In this document: piece by piece, positions 39,212 through 48,785 of the stretch
How positions within the stretch are numbered: position 1 is the first letter of the stretch
Layout of the letters: each line of letters opens with the position of its first letter
Origin: Acidimicrobiia bacterium
Lineage (GTDB): Bacteria > Actinomycetota > Acidimicrobiia > Spongiisociales > JAOTWH01
Assembly: GCA_036446035.1 (NCBI GenBank)
Contig: JAZFSG010000078.1
Location: 2,674-66,673, forward strand
Length of the DNA: 64,000 bases
Direction: 5' to 3'
Translations under genes and position numbers: made by a program
Notes under the pieces: generated by a model
Told to the model about the DNA's origin: nothing
Databases searched by the model: none
Seen by the model: only the letters and a program-made list of their open reading frames with translations

Positions 39212-40678
39212 CTAGGTCGCCCAGCCGAAGCTGCGTTCCACAGCCTGATGCCACCTCGCCGCAAGGCGTTCGCGATCTACGGCCGATTGCTGTGGCAGCC
39301 AGCGCTCGTCCTCTTCCCACATGGCGGCCAGTTCGTCCTTGCTCTCCCAGAAACCGACGCCGAGGCCGGCCGCGTATGCGGCACCCAGCACGGTGGTCTC
39401 GGTCTTGCGCGGCCGAACCACCGGCATACCCAACGCGTCGGCCTGCATCTGCATGAGAAGGCTGTTCGCTGTCATCCCTCCATCGACGCGCAGTTCGGCA
39501 AGGTCTGTCGATTGAGCCATGGCGGCGAGGACGTCTGCGGCCTGAAACGCCGTCGACTCGAGCGTTGCCCTGGCGATGTGTGCCGCCGTGGTGTAGCGAG
39601 TGATGCCGACGATGACCCCCCTTGCATCGGGCCGCCAGTAGGGAGCAAAGAGTCCGTTGAAGGCAGGGACCACAAAGACGTCGCCGGTGTCGTCGACGGA
39701 AGCTGCCAGCGCCTCGACCTCCGGGGCCGAATCGATGAGACCGAGACCGTCACGCAGCCACTGCACCGCGGCCCCGGCGATCGCCACAGATCCCTCGAGC
39801 GCGTAGACAGGAGCTTCCCCCTCGATGTGGTAGCCGACCGTCGAGAGCAAGCCACTGGTCGACTGGACGACATCAGTACCGGTGTTGACGAGCAAAAAGC
39901 AACCCGTGCCGTATGTGTTCTTGGCGGCGCCAAGAGCGAACCCGGCCTGGCCGAACAGAGCAGCTTGTTGGTCACCCAGGATCGCCGCCAAAGGGACACC
40001 ATCGAGCACGCCGCGGCACTCGCCGAGACTGCCACTCGAGGTAACGATGGTGGGCAGAGCTCTGGCGGGAACTCCGAAGGCATCGCACAGCTCCGGCTCC
40101 CAACTGAGGGATCGCAGGCCCATCAGCATGGTGCGCGAGGCGTTCGTCGGATCGGTGATGCTTTCCCCCGTGAGGTTCCACGCCAGCCAGGCGTCGATCG
40201 TCCCGAGATGGGCTCTCTCCTTTGCGTCACGAAGCCCGGCGACGTTGTCAAGCAGCCATCGCATCTTTGGCGCTGAGAAGTACGTTGACAAGGGCAAGCC
40301 GGTCGCCTCACCGAACCGATCCGGCCCCTCCTCTCCTCCGAGCTCCCGGCACAGCTCGTCGGTGCGGGTGTCCTGCCACACGATCGCAGGCGCCAACGGC
40401 GTGCCCGAGTCGTCCCATGCCACCGTGGTCTCTCGCTGGTTGGTGATGCCGACGGCAGCCAGGTCGGTGGCGGCAAGACCCGCTGTCGCCAGCGCATCCG
40501 ATATCACCGCCTCGCAGTTGGACCAGATCTCGGCGGCGTCGTGCTCGACCAGACCCGGTGCAGGGAACGACTGACCATGCTCGCGCTGTTCCATGGCAAC
40601 GATGGCCCCCGAGTGATCGACGACAACGAACCGGGTTGAAGTCGTCCCCTGGTCGAGTGCGCCGACGAACTCGCTCAC
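39212..40678 (-). CDS. glpK: glycerol kinase
   Basis: DQGTTSTRF and the FGGY-family pattern throughout. GTG start forms a GTGA overlap with the pth stop. Confidence 0.95.
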   Translation of the reverse strand: MSEFVGALDQGTTSTRFVVVDHSGAIVAMEQREHGQSFPAPGLVEHDAAEIWSNCEAVISDALATAGLAATDLAAVGITNQRETTVAWDDSGTPLAPAIVWQDTRTDELCRELGGEEGPDRFGEATGLPLSTYFSAPKMRWLLDNVAGLRDAKERAHLGTIDAWLAWNLTGESITDPTNASRTMLMGLRSLSWEPELCDAFGVPARALPTIVTSSGSLGECRGVLDGVPLAAILGDQQAALFGQAGFALGAAKNTYGTGCFLLVNTGTDVVQSTSGLLSTVGYHIEGEAPVYALEGSVAIAGAAVQWLRDGLGLIDSAPEVEALAASVDDTGDVFVVPAFNGLFAPYWRPDARGVIVGITRYTTAAHIARATLESTAFQAADVLAAMAQSTDLAELRVDGGMTANSLLMQMQADALGMPVVRPRKTETTVLGAAYAAGLGVGFWESKDELAAMWEEDERWLPQQSAVDRERLAARWHQAVERSFGWAT

Positions 40679-41253
40679 AGCGGTCCCTGATCCCCCGACA
40701 GTTGCCGTGCTGCCTCGGGACCTTCCGAGATGAAGGCCTCGACACTGTCGGCGGCCTCTTCGACCAATACGCCGACGCTTGGGACCTCTCTCGAGGTGAA
40801 GCGGCGGAGCACGAAGGCGGCTGGGTCCATAGCGCCGGGCGGTCGACCGACGCCGATCTTGAGTCGCCAGAATTCAGGCGATCCCAGCGATCCGATGACC
40901 GAGGTGACTCCGTTGTGACCACCTGCTCCCCTGCCGAACTGCACACGCAGCTTGGCGAAGGGGAGGTCGATGTCGTCGTGGACAACGAGCAGTTGATCCT
41001 CGGTGATGCCGAAATAGTTCAGCAGCGGTGCGACGACCTGGCCTGAGTGGTTCATGGCAACGTTGGGAAGGACCAGCTGAGCCGATTCGTCCCCTGCACC
41101 GAGCTGCGCTACGAGCGCTCGGATCCCGCGGCGAGCTCTCCTGAACCTGAGGTCGTTGCGGTGGGCGACTCGAGCAACGGCTTCAGCACCGACGCTGTGA
41201 CGCGTGCCTTCGAATTCGGCCTCAGGATTGCGGAGCCCAACGACGAGGCGCAG
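40675..41253 (-). CDS. pth: peptidyl-tRNA hydrolase
   Basis: The track ORF starts at the internal MNHSG (the conserved YMNxSG). The in-frame upstream sequence encodes [22 protein letters not shown] (the conserved N-terminus). The only possible start is CTG 41253..41251, directly after the L25 TAG, with GGAGG 5 nt upstream. Confidence 0.8.
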   Translation of the reverse strand: MRLVVGLRNPEAEFEGTRHSVGAEAVARVAHRNDLRFRRARRGIRALVAQLGAGDESAQLVLPNVAMNHSGQVVAPLLNYFGITEDQLLVVHDDIDLPFAKLRVQFGRGAGGHNGVTSVIGSLGSPEFWRLKIGVGRPPGAMDPAAFVLRRFTSREVPSVGVLVEEAADSVEAFISEGPEAARQLSGDQGPL

Positions 41254-41955
41254 CTAACCCTCCCCTTCGGGTTCGGCGGCTTCTTCGCCCTCGTCTGCCT
41301 CGACGGGCTCGATCGGCAGGCCCTCTTCGTCGAGCTCGACGGGCTCGATCGGCAGGCCCTCTTCGTCGAGCTCGACCTCAACTTCGGGCTCGGCTTCGAT
41401 GCGGGGCGCCTGCACCGTGAAGAGCGTTGTGCCCGGGTCGTCCACGAAGGTGACGCCTTCGATGGCCTCAAGGCTGTCGAGACTCATCGAATCACCAATG
41501 TGGAGGCCGGTGATGTCGATCTCGATGGCGGGCGGGATAGCAGTCGGCAATGCCTCAACGGTGATCTGGGTCCGGACCGACTCCAAGATGCCACCGTCCT
41601 CGCGAACGCCGATGGGAACACCGACAGGCTGGATGGCGACCTCGGCCTGGATGGTTTCGGTGAGTGAGATCTTGACGAAGTCGAGGTGAATGATGTCGCC
41701 GCGAACGGGGTGGCGCTGTAGTCCTCGGGCGACCGTGAGAACCGAGGTGCTGCCGACCTCGAGGTCGATCAGAGCGTTGAGCCCTGCGTCGCTGTGCAGC
41801 GCCGCGTATAGATCGCGCTCGCTGATGGTGACAGGCAGATTCGCCTGATCGCGGCCATAGACGACCGCGGGCACCTGGCCCAGCCGGCGCATACGCCGCG
41901 CCACCCGACTGCCGCTATCGCCGCGCTCTTCAGCGCGAAGTGTTACCCGTTCCAT
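41254..41955 (-). CDS. rplY: 50S ribosomal protein L25 / general stress protein Ctc
   Basis: N-terminal L25 domain (RRMRRLGQVPAVVYG) and an acidic C-terminal tail. AGGAG RBS. Confidence 0.9.
   Translation of the reverse strand: MERVTLRAEERGDSGSRVARRMRRLGQVPAVVYGRDQANLPVTISERDLYAALHSDAGLNALIDLEVGSTSVLTVARGLQRHPVRGDIIHLDFVKISLTETIQAEVAIQPVGVPIGVREDGGILESVRTQITVEALPTAIPPAIEIDITGLHIGDSMSLDSLEAIEGVTFVDDPGTTLFTVQAPRIEAEPEVEVELDEEGLPIEPVELDEEGLPIEPVEADEGEEAAEPEGEG
41299..41376. repeat. perfect 36-bp in-frame tandem duplication (2.2 copies) inside the rplY tail
   Basis: 41299..41334 equals 41335..41370, with 6 further matching nt. Encodes the repeated LDEEGLPIEPVE. Confidence 0.95.
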
Positions 41956-42036
41956 CGAAAGACTCCTGGCGAACGCCTGAGGACTGCATTATCGCAACAG
42001 AGACGGCACCTGACCAAACGGCTCGGCCAGGCCCTC

Positions 42037-43011
42037 CTAGATGTTCTCCCCCATGAAGATCTCGCTCACCGACTCGTCTGTGAAGATGGCTCGCAGCGTG
42101 TCGGCGATGAGTGGGGCGGAGGACAGCACTGTGATCTTGTCGAGGTCCCGAGCATCCTCGGGCGTTGGCAGCGTGTTCGTTACGACCACTTCCTCGATCA
42201 GGGCGTTCTTGATCCGATCGATGGCCGGCGGCGAGAATACGCCGTGGGTAGCCATCACGGTCACCGATAACGCCCCTCTTTCTCGCAACAGTTCGGCCGC
42301 GGCCACGACGGTTCCGCCGGTGTCAATGATGTCGTCGACGATGACGGCATGCCTGTCCTTGACATCGCCGATGATCTCGAGGGCAGCGGCGACATTGTGC
42401 TCGTCTGGCGATCGGCGCTTGTGCACGAAGGCGACCTGAGAGTTGTCGAGGTGGCGGGCGTACTTCTCCGCCAACTTGACGCGACCGGAGTCTGGCGACA
42501 CAACGGTGATCTTCCCGGTCACGATCGATGCCAGGTACTCGACGAAGACGGGGAGAGCCGTGAGGGCATCGAACGGTTTGGAGATGAAGCCCTGGATCTG
42601 GCCGGTATGAAGGTCGACAGAGACGATGCGGTCGGCACCGGCTACGCCGAAGAGGTCACTGACCAGCCGAGCGCTGATCGGCTCGCGTGCCAGAACCTTC
42701 TTGTCCTGTCTGGCGTATCCGAAGTAGGGCACGACGGCCGTGATCCGCTGAGCCGAGGCCCGGCGCAGCGCGTCGATCATGAGCAGCTGCTCCATGACGT
42801 GGAAATTGACCGGCCGGCTGTGGGACTGGATAACGAAGCAGTGCGCTCCGCGAACGCTCTCTGTGAAGCGGACGTAGATCTCGCCGTTGGCGAACACCGA
42901 TCGCTGTACGCCGCCGAGCTCGGTTCCAAGGATCTCGGCAACGTCTTCGGCCAGCGGCACATTGGCCGAACCCGAGAACAGCATCATCCGCTTGTCGCTG
43001 GGCAGCTTCAC
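42037..43011 (-). CDS. prs: ribose-phosphate pyrophosphokinase
   Basis: DLHTGQIQGF and a PRPP-binding loop (VIVDDIIDTGGT). GTG start forms a GTGA overlap with the glmU stop. Confidence 0.95.
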   Translation of the reverse strand: MKLPSDKRMMLFSGSANVPLAEDVAEILGTELGGVQRSVFANGEIYVRFTESVRGAHCFVIQSHSRPVNFHVMEQLLMIDALRRASAQRITAVVPYFGYARQDKKVLAREPISARLVSDLFGVAGADRIVSVDLHTGQIQGFISKPFDALTALPVFVEYLASIVTGKITVVSPDSGRVKLAEKYARHLDNSQVAFVHKRRSPDEHNVAAALEIIGDVKDRHAVIVDDIIDTGGTVVAAAELLRERGALSVTVMATHGVFSPPAIDRIKNALIEEVVVTNTLPTPEDARDLDKITVLSSAPLIADTLRAIFTDESVSEIFMGENI

Positions 43012-44378
43012 TCGTCGCTCTCGGCTCGCTTGCTCCTGCGGTCAGCGTAGCCCGGAATCTCCTTCTGCGACGACCGCTCGATGCCCAATGCTCCCGGCGA
43101 CACATCCCTGGAGATGACGGAGCCGGCACCCGTCCAGCCATCCTCCCCGATCTCGACCGGGGCCACCAGCATCGTGTCGGAGCCGATGCGAGCACGAGCG
43201 CCGATCTCGGTGTGGTGCTTGTCGTATCCATCCCAGTTGCAGGTGATCGAGCCAGCTCCGATATTGGCGTCCTCGCCGACGGTGGCGTCCCCGATGTAGG
43301 AGAGGTGAGGAACCTTGGCGCCGGCCGCCAGGGTCGTGTTCTTCAGCTCGACGAAGGATCCGGCTTTGGAGTCGGGACCCAGCACTGCCCCGGGCCGGAG
43401 ACTGGCATATGGGCCAACGTTGGCTCTTGATTGGACGTCGGCGCCGTCCAGAACCGAGTATCTGACAACGGCATCCTCACCGATGTTGCTGTCGCGGACA
43501 TGGGTATCGGGTCCGACCTGGGCCCCGGCCCCGATCGTCGATGCCCCCTCGATGTGGACCCCCGGATAGATGCTGGCACCGGCCGACAACACCGCGGCGG
43601 CGTCGACGTAGGTGCGCGCCGGGTCGAGCATCATCACCCCCTGGCGCATCCACTCGCGGTTGATCCGCATGCGTATGACTTCGGCCGCTTCGGCCAACTG
43701 ACCGAAGCTGTTGACTCCGACGACCAGCAGATCTACAGCAACCGCGCCGACGGGCTCGCCATCTCCGACCAGGAGACCGACGGCGTCTGTCAGGTATTGC
43801 TCGCCCTGGGCATTGTCCGAACCGATGCGGTCGAGCGCACCTTTGAGATGCTGCGCAGAGAAGGCATAGATCGAGGTCCCAACCTCGGTGATGGCGAGCT
43901 CGGTGGGGCTGGCATCGGGATCCTCGACGATGGCTTCGACACCCGCGCCACCGCGGACGATGCGGCCGTAGCCGGCTGGGTTATCGAGGTGAGTTGTCGC
44001 GAGAGTGACGGCGTTGCCGGCGTGTTGGCCAACGAGGTTGCCGACCATGTTGGCGGTTACCAGCGGAGCGTCACCAGGCAGGATGACGATCGTGTCTCCA
44101 TCGGCTGGACCGAGGGCGGCCATCGCGACGGAGGTGGCGTGCCCCGTACCAAGCTGCTCGGGTTGCAGGACAGTCTCGACGCCAGCGGGCAGGGTGGCCA
44201 CCACGGCCTCGGCGTCGTGGCCAACGACCACAGCGGTCGTGTCGGGGGTGGCACCGTCAGCGGCGTCCAGCACCCAACTCAGCATCGCCTTACCCGCCAC
44301 CTCTTGCAACACCTTGGGCCGCCCCGATTTCATACGGGTGCCCTCGCCGGCAGCGAGGATGATGACGTGAACGCTCAT
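43008..44378 (-). CDS. glmU: bifunctional UDP-N-acetylglucosamine diphosphorylase / glucosamine-1-phosphate N-acetyltransferase
   Basis: LAAGEGTRMKS plus a C-terminal left-handed beta-helix with hexapeptide repeats. Confidence 0.95.
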   Translation of the reverse strand: MSVHVIILAAGEGTRMKSGRPKVLQEVAGKAMLSWVLDAADGATPDTTAVVVGHDAEAVVATLPAGVETVLQPEQLGTGHATSVAMAALGPADGDTIVILPGDAPLVTANMVGNLVGQHAGNAVTLATTHLDNPAGYGRIVRGGAGVEAIVEDPDASPTELAITEVGTSIYAFSAQHLKGALDRIGSDNAQGEQYLTDAVGLLVGDGEPVGAVAVDLLVVGVNSFGQLAEAAEVIRMRINREWMRQGVMMLDPARTYVDAAAVLSAGASIYPGVHIEGASTIGAGAQVGPDTHVRDSNIGEDAVVRYSVLDGADVQSRANVGPYASLRPGAVLGPDSKAGSFVELKNTTLAAGAKVPHLSYIGDATVGEDANIGAGSITCNWDGYDKHHTEIGARARIGSDTMLVAPVEIGEDGWTGAGSVISRDVSPGALGIERSSQKEIPGYADRRSKRAESDE

Positions 44379-44398
44379 TGACGCCTACTTACCTTCGA

Positions 44399-44473
44399 TG
44401 GCTGGGGGGACAGGACTCGAACCTGTACTAATGGGACCAAAACCCACCGTGCTGCCAATTACACCACCCCCCA
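44399..44473 (-). tRNA. tRNA-Gln (anticodon TTG), CCA encoded
   Basis: Manual fold: U1-A72 acceptor TGGGGGG/CCCCCCA, G73, anticodon loop TTTTGGT, T-loop GGTTCGAGTCC. Confidence 0.9.
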
Positions 44474-44489
44474 CCGAGCCGGGGCGATT

Positions 44490-45329
44490 CTACCCCGGCA
44501 CCTCTTTCCATCCCTGTGGGCTCGGGACCGCGGCATGAGTGGCCCGCAGCCCCGGAGGCACGTCGCGCAGGGCCGACTCGGCCTCCTCGATATCGACGAA
44601 GAAAGCGAACAACGACGGCCCGCTCCCGGTGAGGCCGACGGTCCGGCCCCACCGTTTGGCGAGCTCGGCCCGCCATTCGTCGAGCTCGGGACGGATGCTC
44701 ACGGCCGCCGGGTACAGGTCGTTGCGCAGCGGCGTGTAACCGCGCAGATCTGGCGGCAGGCTCGCCGCCGGCAGGATGGGACCTTGCGGCCCGTCGGCGT
44801 CGTCCCAGGCTCGATAGACGGCGGCGGTCTGTAGTTCGAATGGCGGCACTGCGATGGCGACTGCGAATCCCGTCGGAGTCGGCAGCCTTGTGACGCGCTC
44901 CCCGACGCCTTCCACAGTGGCGAGGCCTCCTTCGAGGCAGAACGGGACATCCGACCCGAGGCCAGGCGCCAGGGACCGCAGCTCGTCAAGTTCGACACCC
45001 AGCAGTCGGCCGGTCGCCGCCAGGGCGCCTGCGGCATCGGCGCTTCCGCCTCCGAGTCCGGCAGCCGTCGGGATGTGCTTGCGCAGCGTGAGACGAAGCG
45101 GGTCCGCAGCGCCGCCGCGGGCGGCTACAACCGCTTGCCACGCCAGGTTGGCGTGATCGGTCGGCACGTTGCCGTCGATGTCTTGGGAGTCCTCGTCCGC
45201 CAACTCGACCGACAACCGGTCGGGCCAGGTCACCGAGAGATTGAGCGCACTGAGGCGGTGCAGTGGCCCGTCGCCGGGCGGGTCGACCACGAGACCGAGA
45301 TTGATCTTGGCGTAGGCCTCAAGCTGCAT
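44490..45329 (-). CDS. ispE: 4-diphosphocytidyl-2-C-methyl-D-erythritol kinase
   Basis: KINLGL... and the GHMP motif PTAAGLGGGSADAA. Confidence 0.9.
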   Translation of the reverse strand: MQLEAYAKINLGLVVDPPGDGPLHRLSALNLSVTWPDRLSVELADEDSQDIDGNVPTDHANLAWQAVVAARGGAADPLRLTLRKHIPTAAGLGGGSADAAGALAATGRLLGVELDELRSLAPGLGSDVPFCLEGGLATVEGVGERVTRLPTPTGFAVAIAVPPFELQTAAVYRAWDDADGPQGPILPAASLPPDLRGYTPLRNDLYPAAVSIRPELDEWRAELAKRWGRTVGLTGSGPSLFAFFVDIEEAESALRDVPPGLRATHAAVPSPQGWKEVPG

Positions 45330-46131
45330 CGGCGATCTCCAGGAACGAGGTTGGGGGCAGGTCTTCGGGTCGGGCCGTCGGCTCGATGCCGGCTCGCGTC
45401 AGGACTGAGATCGGGTCATCGAGTGCGCCACGCAGCGACGACCGCAACATCTTGCGGCGCTGCGAGAAGGCCGCCGCGGCCAGGTCGGCAGCCTGACGGC
45501 GCCTGGCGGATGGCGGCGACGTGCGCGCCAGTCGGATCACGGCGGAATCGACATTGGGCGCCGGTACGAAGACCTGCGGCCCGACGGCGAATCCGAACTC
45601 GATATCGCAGAAGAGGCCGGCAACAACAGAGGGCAAGCCGTAGGTCTTCGAACCGGGCGAGGCCAGCAGGCGGTCGGCTACCTCTCGCTGGACCATCACG
45701 ACGAATGACTCGATCTGGCCGGCGTCCGTGACGGCATCGAGAAGCACGGTGGTGCCCACCTGATATGGCAGGTTGGCAACCATCGTCCACGGACCGCCCT
45801 CCAACGCTTCTGCGAGGTCGACTTGCGCCGCGTCCTTGTATCTGATCTCGGCGAGATCGCCAACCTCGGAGTCGAGCAGCGGGCGCATCCGATCGTCCAC
45901 CTCGTAGGCGACCACCCGGGCGCCGGCGGCGGCCAGCGCCTTGGTGAGCGTTCCGGTTCCGGCACCGATCTCAACCACCAGATCGCCGACTCCGACCCCC
46001 GCAAGGGCAACGATGCGCTGGGTGATGTTGGGGTCGGCGAGGAAGTTCTGGCCAAGCACCTTGCGCGGTGACAGCCCGAAGCGATCGAGGAGGCCCACGA
46101 TCTCGGACCTGGACTGCGGGCCATCACCCAC
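45319..46131 (-). CDS. rsmA: 16S rRNA (adenine1518/1519-N6)-dimethyltransferase
   Basis: Track ORF 45319..46794 trimmed to GTG 46131 (overlaps the tatD stop). LGQNFL, VEIGAGTGTLT, NLPY. Confidence 0.9.
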   Translation of the reverse strand: MGDGPQSRSEIVGLLDRFGLSPRKVLGQNFLADPNITQRIVALAGVGVGDLVVEIGAGTGTLTKALAAAGARVVAYEVDDRMRPLLDSEVGDLAEIRYKDAAQVDLAEALEGGPWTMVANLPYQVGTTVLLDAVTDAGQIESFVVMVQREVADRLLASPGSKTYGLPSVVAGLFCDIEFGFAVGPQVFVPAPNVDSAVIRLARTSPPSARRRQAADLAAAAFSQRRKMLRSSLRGALDDPISVLTRAGIEPTARPEDLPPTSFLEIADAA

Positions 46132-46876
46132 GGAACACCCGCTCAGCGTTGGCCGTCGTGAGGGCTGCCACTTCTTCGACCGGCTCGCCCCAAACTTGTG
46201 CGAGGGCAGCACCGACGAGGGCGACCCGGGCTGGTTCATTGTCCTCGCCACGATGCGGTGGTGGCGACAGGTAGGGCGTATCTGTTTCCACCATCGTGCG
46301 GTCTCGTGGCGCCACCGCCGCCGCCAGGCGCACCGTTTCGCCCTTGGGGTACGCGATCGGGCCGGCGAAGCTGAACGCAGCTCCGAGATCATCGAAGCGC
46401 TTCGTCCACTTCGGCCCCCCAGTCCAGCAGTGAAGGACCGTTCGCTCGCCAGCGCCCGTCGTCTCGAGCGCCTCGTACACCTCGGCGAAGGCATCGCGGC
46501 AATGCGCGATGATCGGTTTGTCGAGATCGACTGCAAGCGAGAGCTGATCGGAGAAGGCGTCGAGCTGGGCCTGGCGCGGCGCCAGGTTCCGATAGAAGTC
46601 GAGGCCACACTCTCCGATGGCAACTGCCTCTGCCGCCAGCTCGGCGATGGCGTCTCGCTGCCGGGGCCAGCGTTCGGCGTAGTGCGGGTGCAGGCCGGCG
46701 GCGGCCAGCACCGTGCCGGCGTGCTCGGCGGTGAGGGCCACGGCCGTGCGCGAGGTCTCCTCGTCGACCCCGGGACAGACCACCCACTCGACACCAGCCG
46801 CCCGGGCCCGATCGAGCAACGGGCCGGCCGGTTCGGAGGACCCGAACAGGTGGCAATGGCTATCGACCCAGGTCAC
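46124..46876 (-). CDS. TatD family metal-dependent hydrolase
   Basis: Trimmed to GTG 46876 (GTGA overlap with the metG stop). VDSHCHL, GECGLDF, HCW motifs. Confidence 0.85.
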   Translation of the reverse strand: MTWVDSHCHLFGSSEPAGPLLDRARAAGVEWVVCPGVDEETSRTAVALTAEHAGTVLAAAGLHPHYAERWPRQRDAIAELAAEAVAIGECGLDFYRNLAPRQAQLDAFSDQLSLAVDLDKPIIAHCRDAFAEVYEALETTGAGERTVLHCWTGGPKWTKRFDDLGAAFSFAGPIAYPKGETVRLAAAVAPRDRTMVETDTPYLSPPPHRGEDNEPARVALVGAALAQVWGEPVEEVAALTTANAERVFRG

Positions 46877-48405
46877 TCGCTCAGCCGGGGGAACAACGAG
46901 TCGCCTTTGGTGACCGCGGTGTCCGGGGCCAGGCCGCCCCACGAGGCGGCGGCCGGGAGGCGCTGCGCCTCTAGCGGTTCGCCGATCCCCAGGTCGGCCC
47001 ACAGGCGCTCCATGGCCGCCGGCATGATCGGATAGAGCATCACAGCCAGCACCCGCAGCGACTCGGCGGCGACGTAGAGGACCGTCGCCAGCACATCAGC
47101 GTTGGCGTCATCTTTGGCGAGCTTCCATGGCTCCTCGTCGACGAGGTACTCGTTGGCGCGCCCCACGATCTCCCACACCGCCGCCAGCGCCGGTGTCAGC
47201 TCCAGCGCCAGCATGTGGTCGTCGTAACGGCCGGCGACGTCGGCGACCAGCTCGGGTAGCCCTCCGTCGTGACCGTCTGTGATTGGCGCCGGAACCTGGC
47301 CGTCGAAGTAGCTCCCGATCATCGCCAGCACTCGAGCGGCCAGATTGCCGAGGCCGTTGGCGAGGTCGGCTGTATAGCGGGCCTCCATGCCCTCCCACGA
47401 GAAGCTGCCGTCCTTGCCGAACGAGATCTCCCGCAGGAAGTAGTAGCGGTAGGCATCGACGCCGAAGTGATCTGTGAGCTCGAAGGGATGAATCCCGGTG
47501 AGGTTGGTCTTGGACATCTTCTCGCCGCTGACCAGCAAGTAGCCATGAGCCCACACCTGCTTGGGCGGCTCGACGCCAGCAGCCATCAGCATGGCCGGCC
47601 AGTAGACAGCGTGCTGGCGGATGATGTCCTTGGCCATCAGATGCACGTCTACAGGCCAATACCGCGCGAAGCGTTCCGGGTCGTCGGCATAACCAGCAGC
47701 GGTTATGTAATTGGTCAAGGCGTCGAACCACACATAGGTGACGTGCTCGGGATCCCACGGCAGCGGGATCCCCCAGTCGAACGTGGTGCGGGAGATCGAG
47801 AAGTCTCGCAAACCACCGTTGATGAGCGCCAGCACTTCGTTCCGCCGTATGGCCGGCTCGATGGCTTCGGGCTGGGCTTCGTAATGCGCCCGCAGGCGGT
47901 CCTCATACGCCGACAGCCGGAAGAAGTAGTTCTCTTCCGACATCAGCTCAACGGGACGCCCGTGCACGGGACAGTTGCCGTCGACGAGATCACCCTCGGC
48001 GTAATACAACTCACAGGAAACGCAGTACAGGCCTTCATAGCGGTCCAGATAGATGTCGTTGCGCCCGTTGTCGTAGACGGCCTGCAACAGCTTGGCGACG
48101 GAGGTGGCGTGGCGGGGCTCGGTGGTGCGAATGTAGTCGTCGTTGGAGAGGTCGAGACGCTGCCACACCTCCTTCCACTTCCCCTCGATCTGGTCGACGA
48201 ACTCCTGTGGTGGCAGCCCGGCATGGTCCGCCGCCTGGAGCATCTTCTGGCCGTGCTCATCGGTCCCGGTCAGGAAGAAAGTGTCGTCGCCACGTAGCCG
48301 GTGGTAGCGGGCAATGAAGTCGGCGGCGACCGAGGTGTACGTGTGACCGATGTGGGGAACGTCATTGGGGTAGTAGATCGGCGTTGTGATGTAGAAGGTG
48401 CCCAT
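46873..48405 (-). CDS. metG: methionine--tRNA ligase
   Basis: HIGH variant (PHIGHTYT), KMSKT, and a Zn-knuckle-like CVSC...CPVHG. Confidence 0.95.
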   Translation of the reverse strand: MGTFYITTPIYYPNDVPHIGHTYTSVAADFIARYHRLRGDDTFFLTGTDEHGQKMLQAADHAGLPPQEFVDQIEGKWKEVWQRLDLSNDDYIRTTEPRHATSVAKLLQAVYDNGRNDIYLDRYEGLYCVSCELYYAEGDLVDGNCPVHGRPVELMSEENYFFRLSAYEDRLRAHYEAQPEAIEPAIRRNEVLALINGGLRDFSISRTTFDWGIPLPWDPEHVTYVWFDALTNYITAAGYADDPERFARYWPVDVHLMAKDIIRQHAVYWPAMLMAAGVEPPKQVWAHGYLLVSGEKMSKTNLTGIHPFELTDHFGVDAYRYYFLREISFGKDGSFSWEGMEARYTADLANGLGNLAARVLAMIGSYFDGQVPAPITDGHDGGLPELVADVAGRYDDHMLALELTPALAAVWEIVGRANEYLVDEEPWKLAKDDANADVLATVLYVAAESLRVLAVMLYPIMPAAMERLWADLGIGEPLEAQRLPAAASWGGLAPDTAVTKGDSLFPRLSE

Positions 48406-48551
48406 GGAGCAAGCGATGGTACCGGGCCACCACTTCTCGTCGACAGAGCCGCCACCCCACGGCCACCCTGGGCCTGCCTATCCTGGCCCCGGAAGCCCGA
48501 CCTCCTATTGGGGATTCTCAGGGGGGCTCCACCGGCGTAAGGAGGATCAGT

Positions 48552-48785
48552 TTGAACACCGGAATGGTGCGCAAGATCGACGACCTGGGCCGCATCGTGG
48601 TGCCGGCAGAAACCCGCCGACTTTTCAATATCCGAGAAGGCGATCCGCTGACGATCTCGACGGAGGGCGACTCCATCGTCCTTCGCAAGCTGGAAGCGAC
48701 CTGCACCTTTTGTGGGTCGACCCACGATGTAAGCGCTTTCAAGGGCAAGGGAATCTGCGCCACCTGCAAGGGCGAGCTGAACTAG
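48552..48785 (+). CDS. AbrB/SpoVT-family DNA-binding protein with C-terminal CxxC...CxxC zinc-ribbon-like tail
   Basis: TTG 48552 lies 6 nt after GGAGG. GMVRKIDDLGRIVVPAETRR swapped-hairpin motif. CTFC-x14-CATC. Confidence 0.8.
   Translation: MNTGMVRKIDDLGRIVVPAETRRLFNIREGDPLTISTEGDSIVLRKLEATCTFCGSTHDVSAFKGKGICATCKGELN

Noticed and set aside
45319-46794. 491-aa version of the rsmA ORF. Similar N-terminal extensions occur at 279..1403, 1941..3638, 3268..4581, 8662..11625, 46124..47002, 49603..50286, 62680..63606 and 56680..58035.
   Set aside because: The extensions overlap the upstream genes, are Arg/Pro/Ser-rich and precede the conserved family N-termini. Internal starts coincide with ATGA/GTGA coupling or SD sequences.
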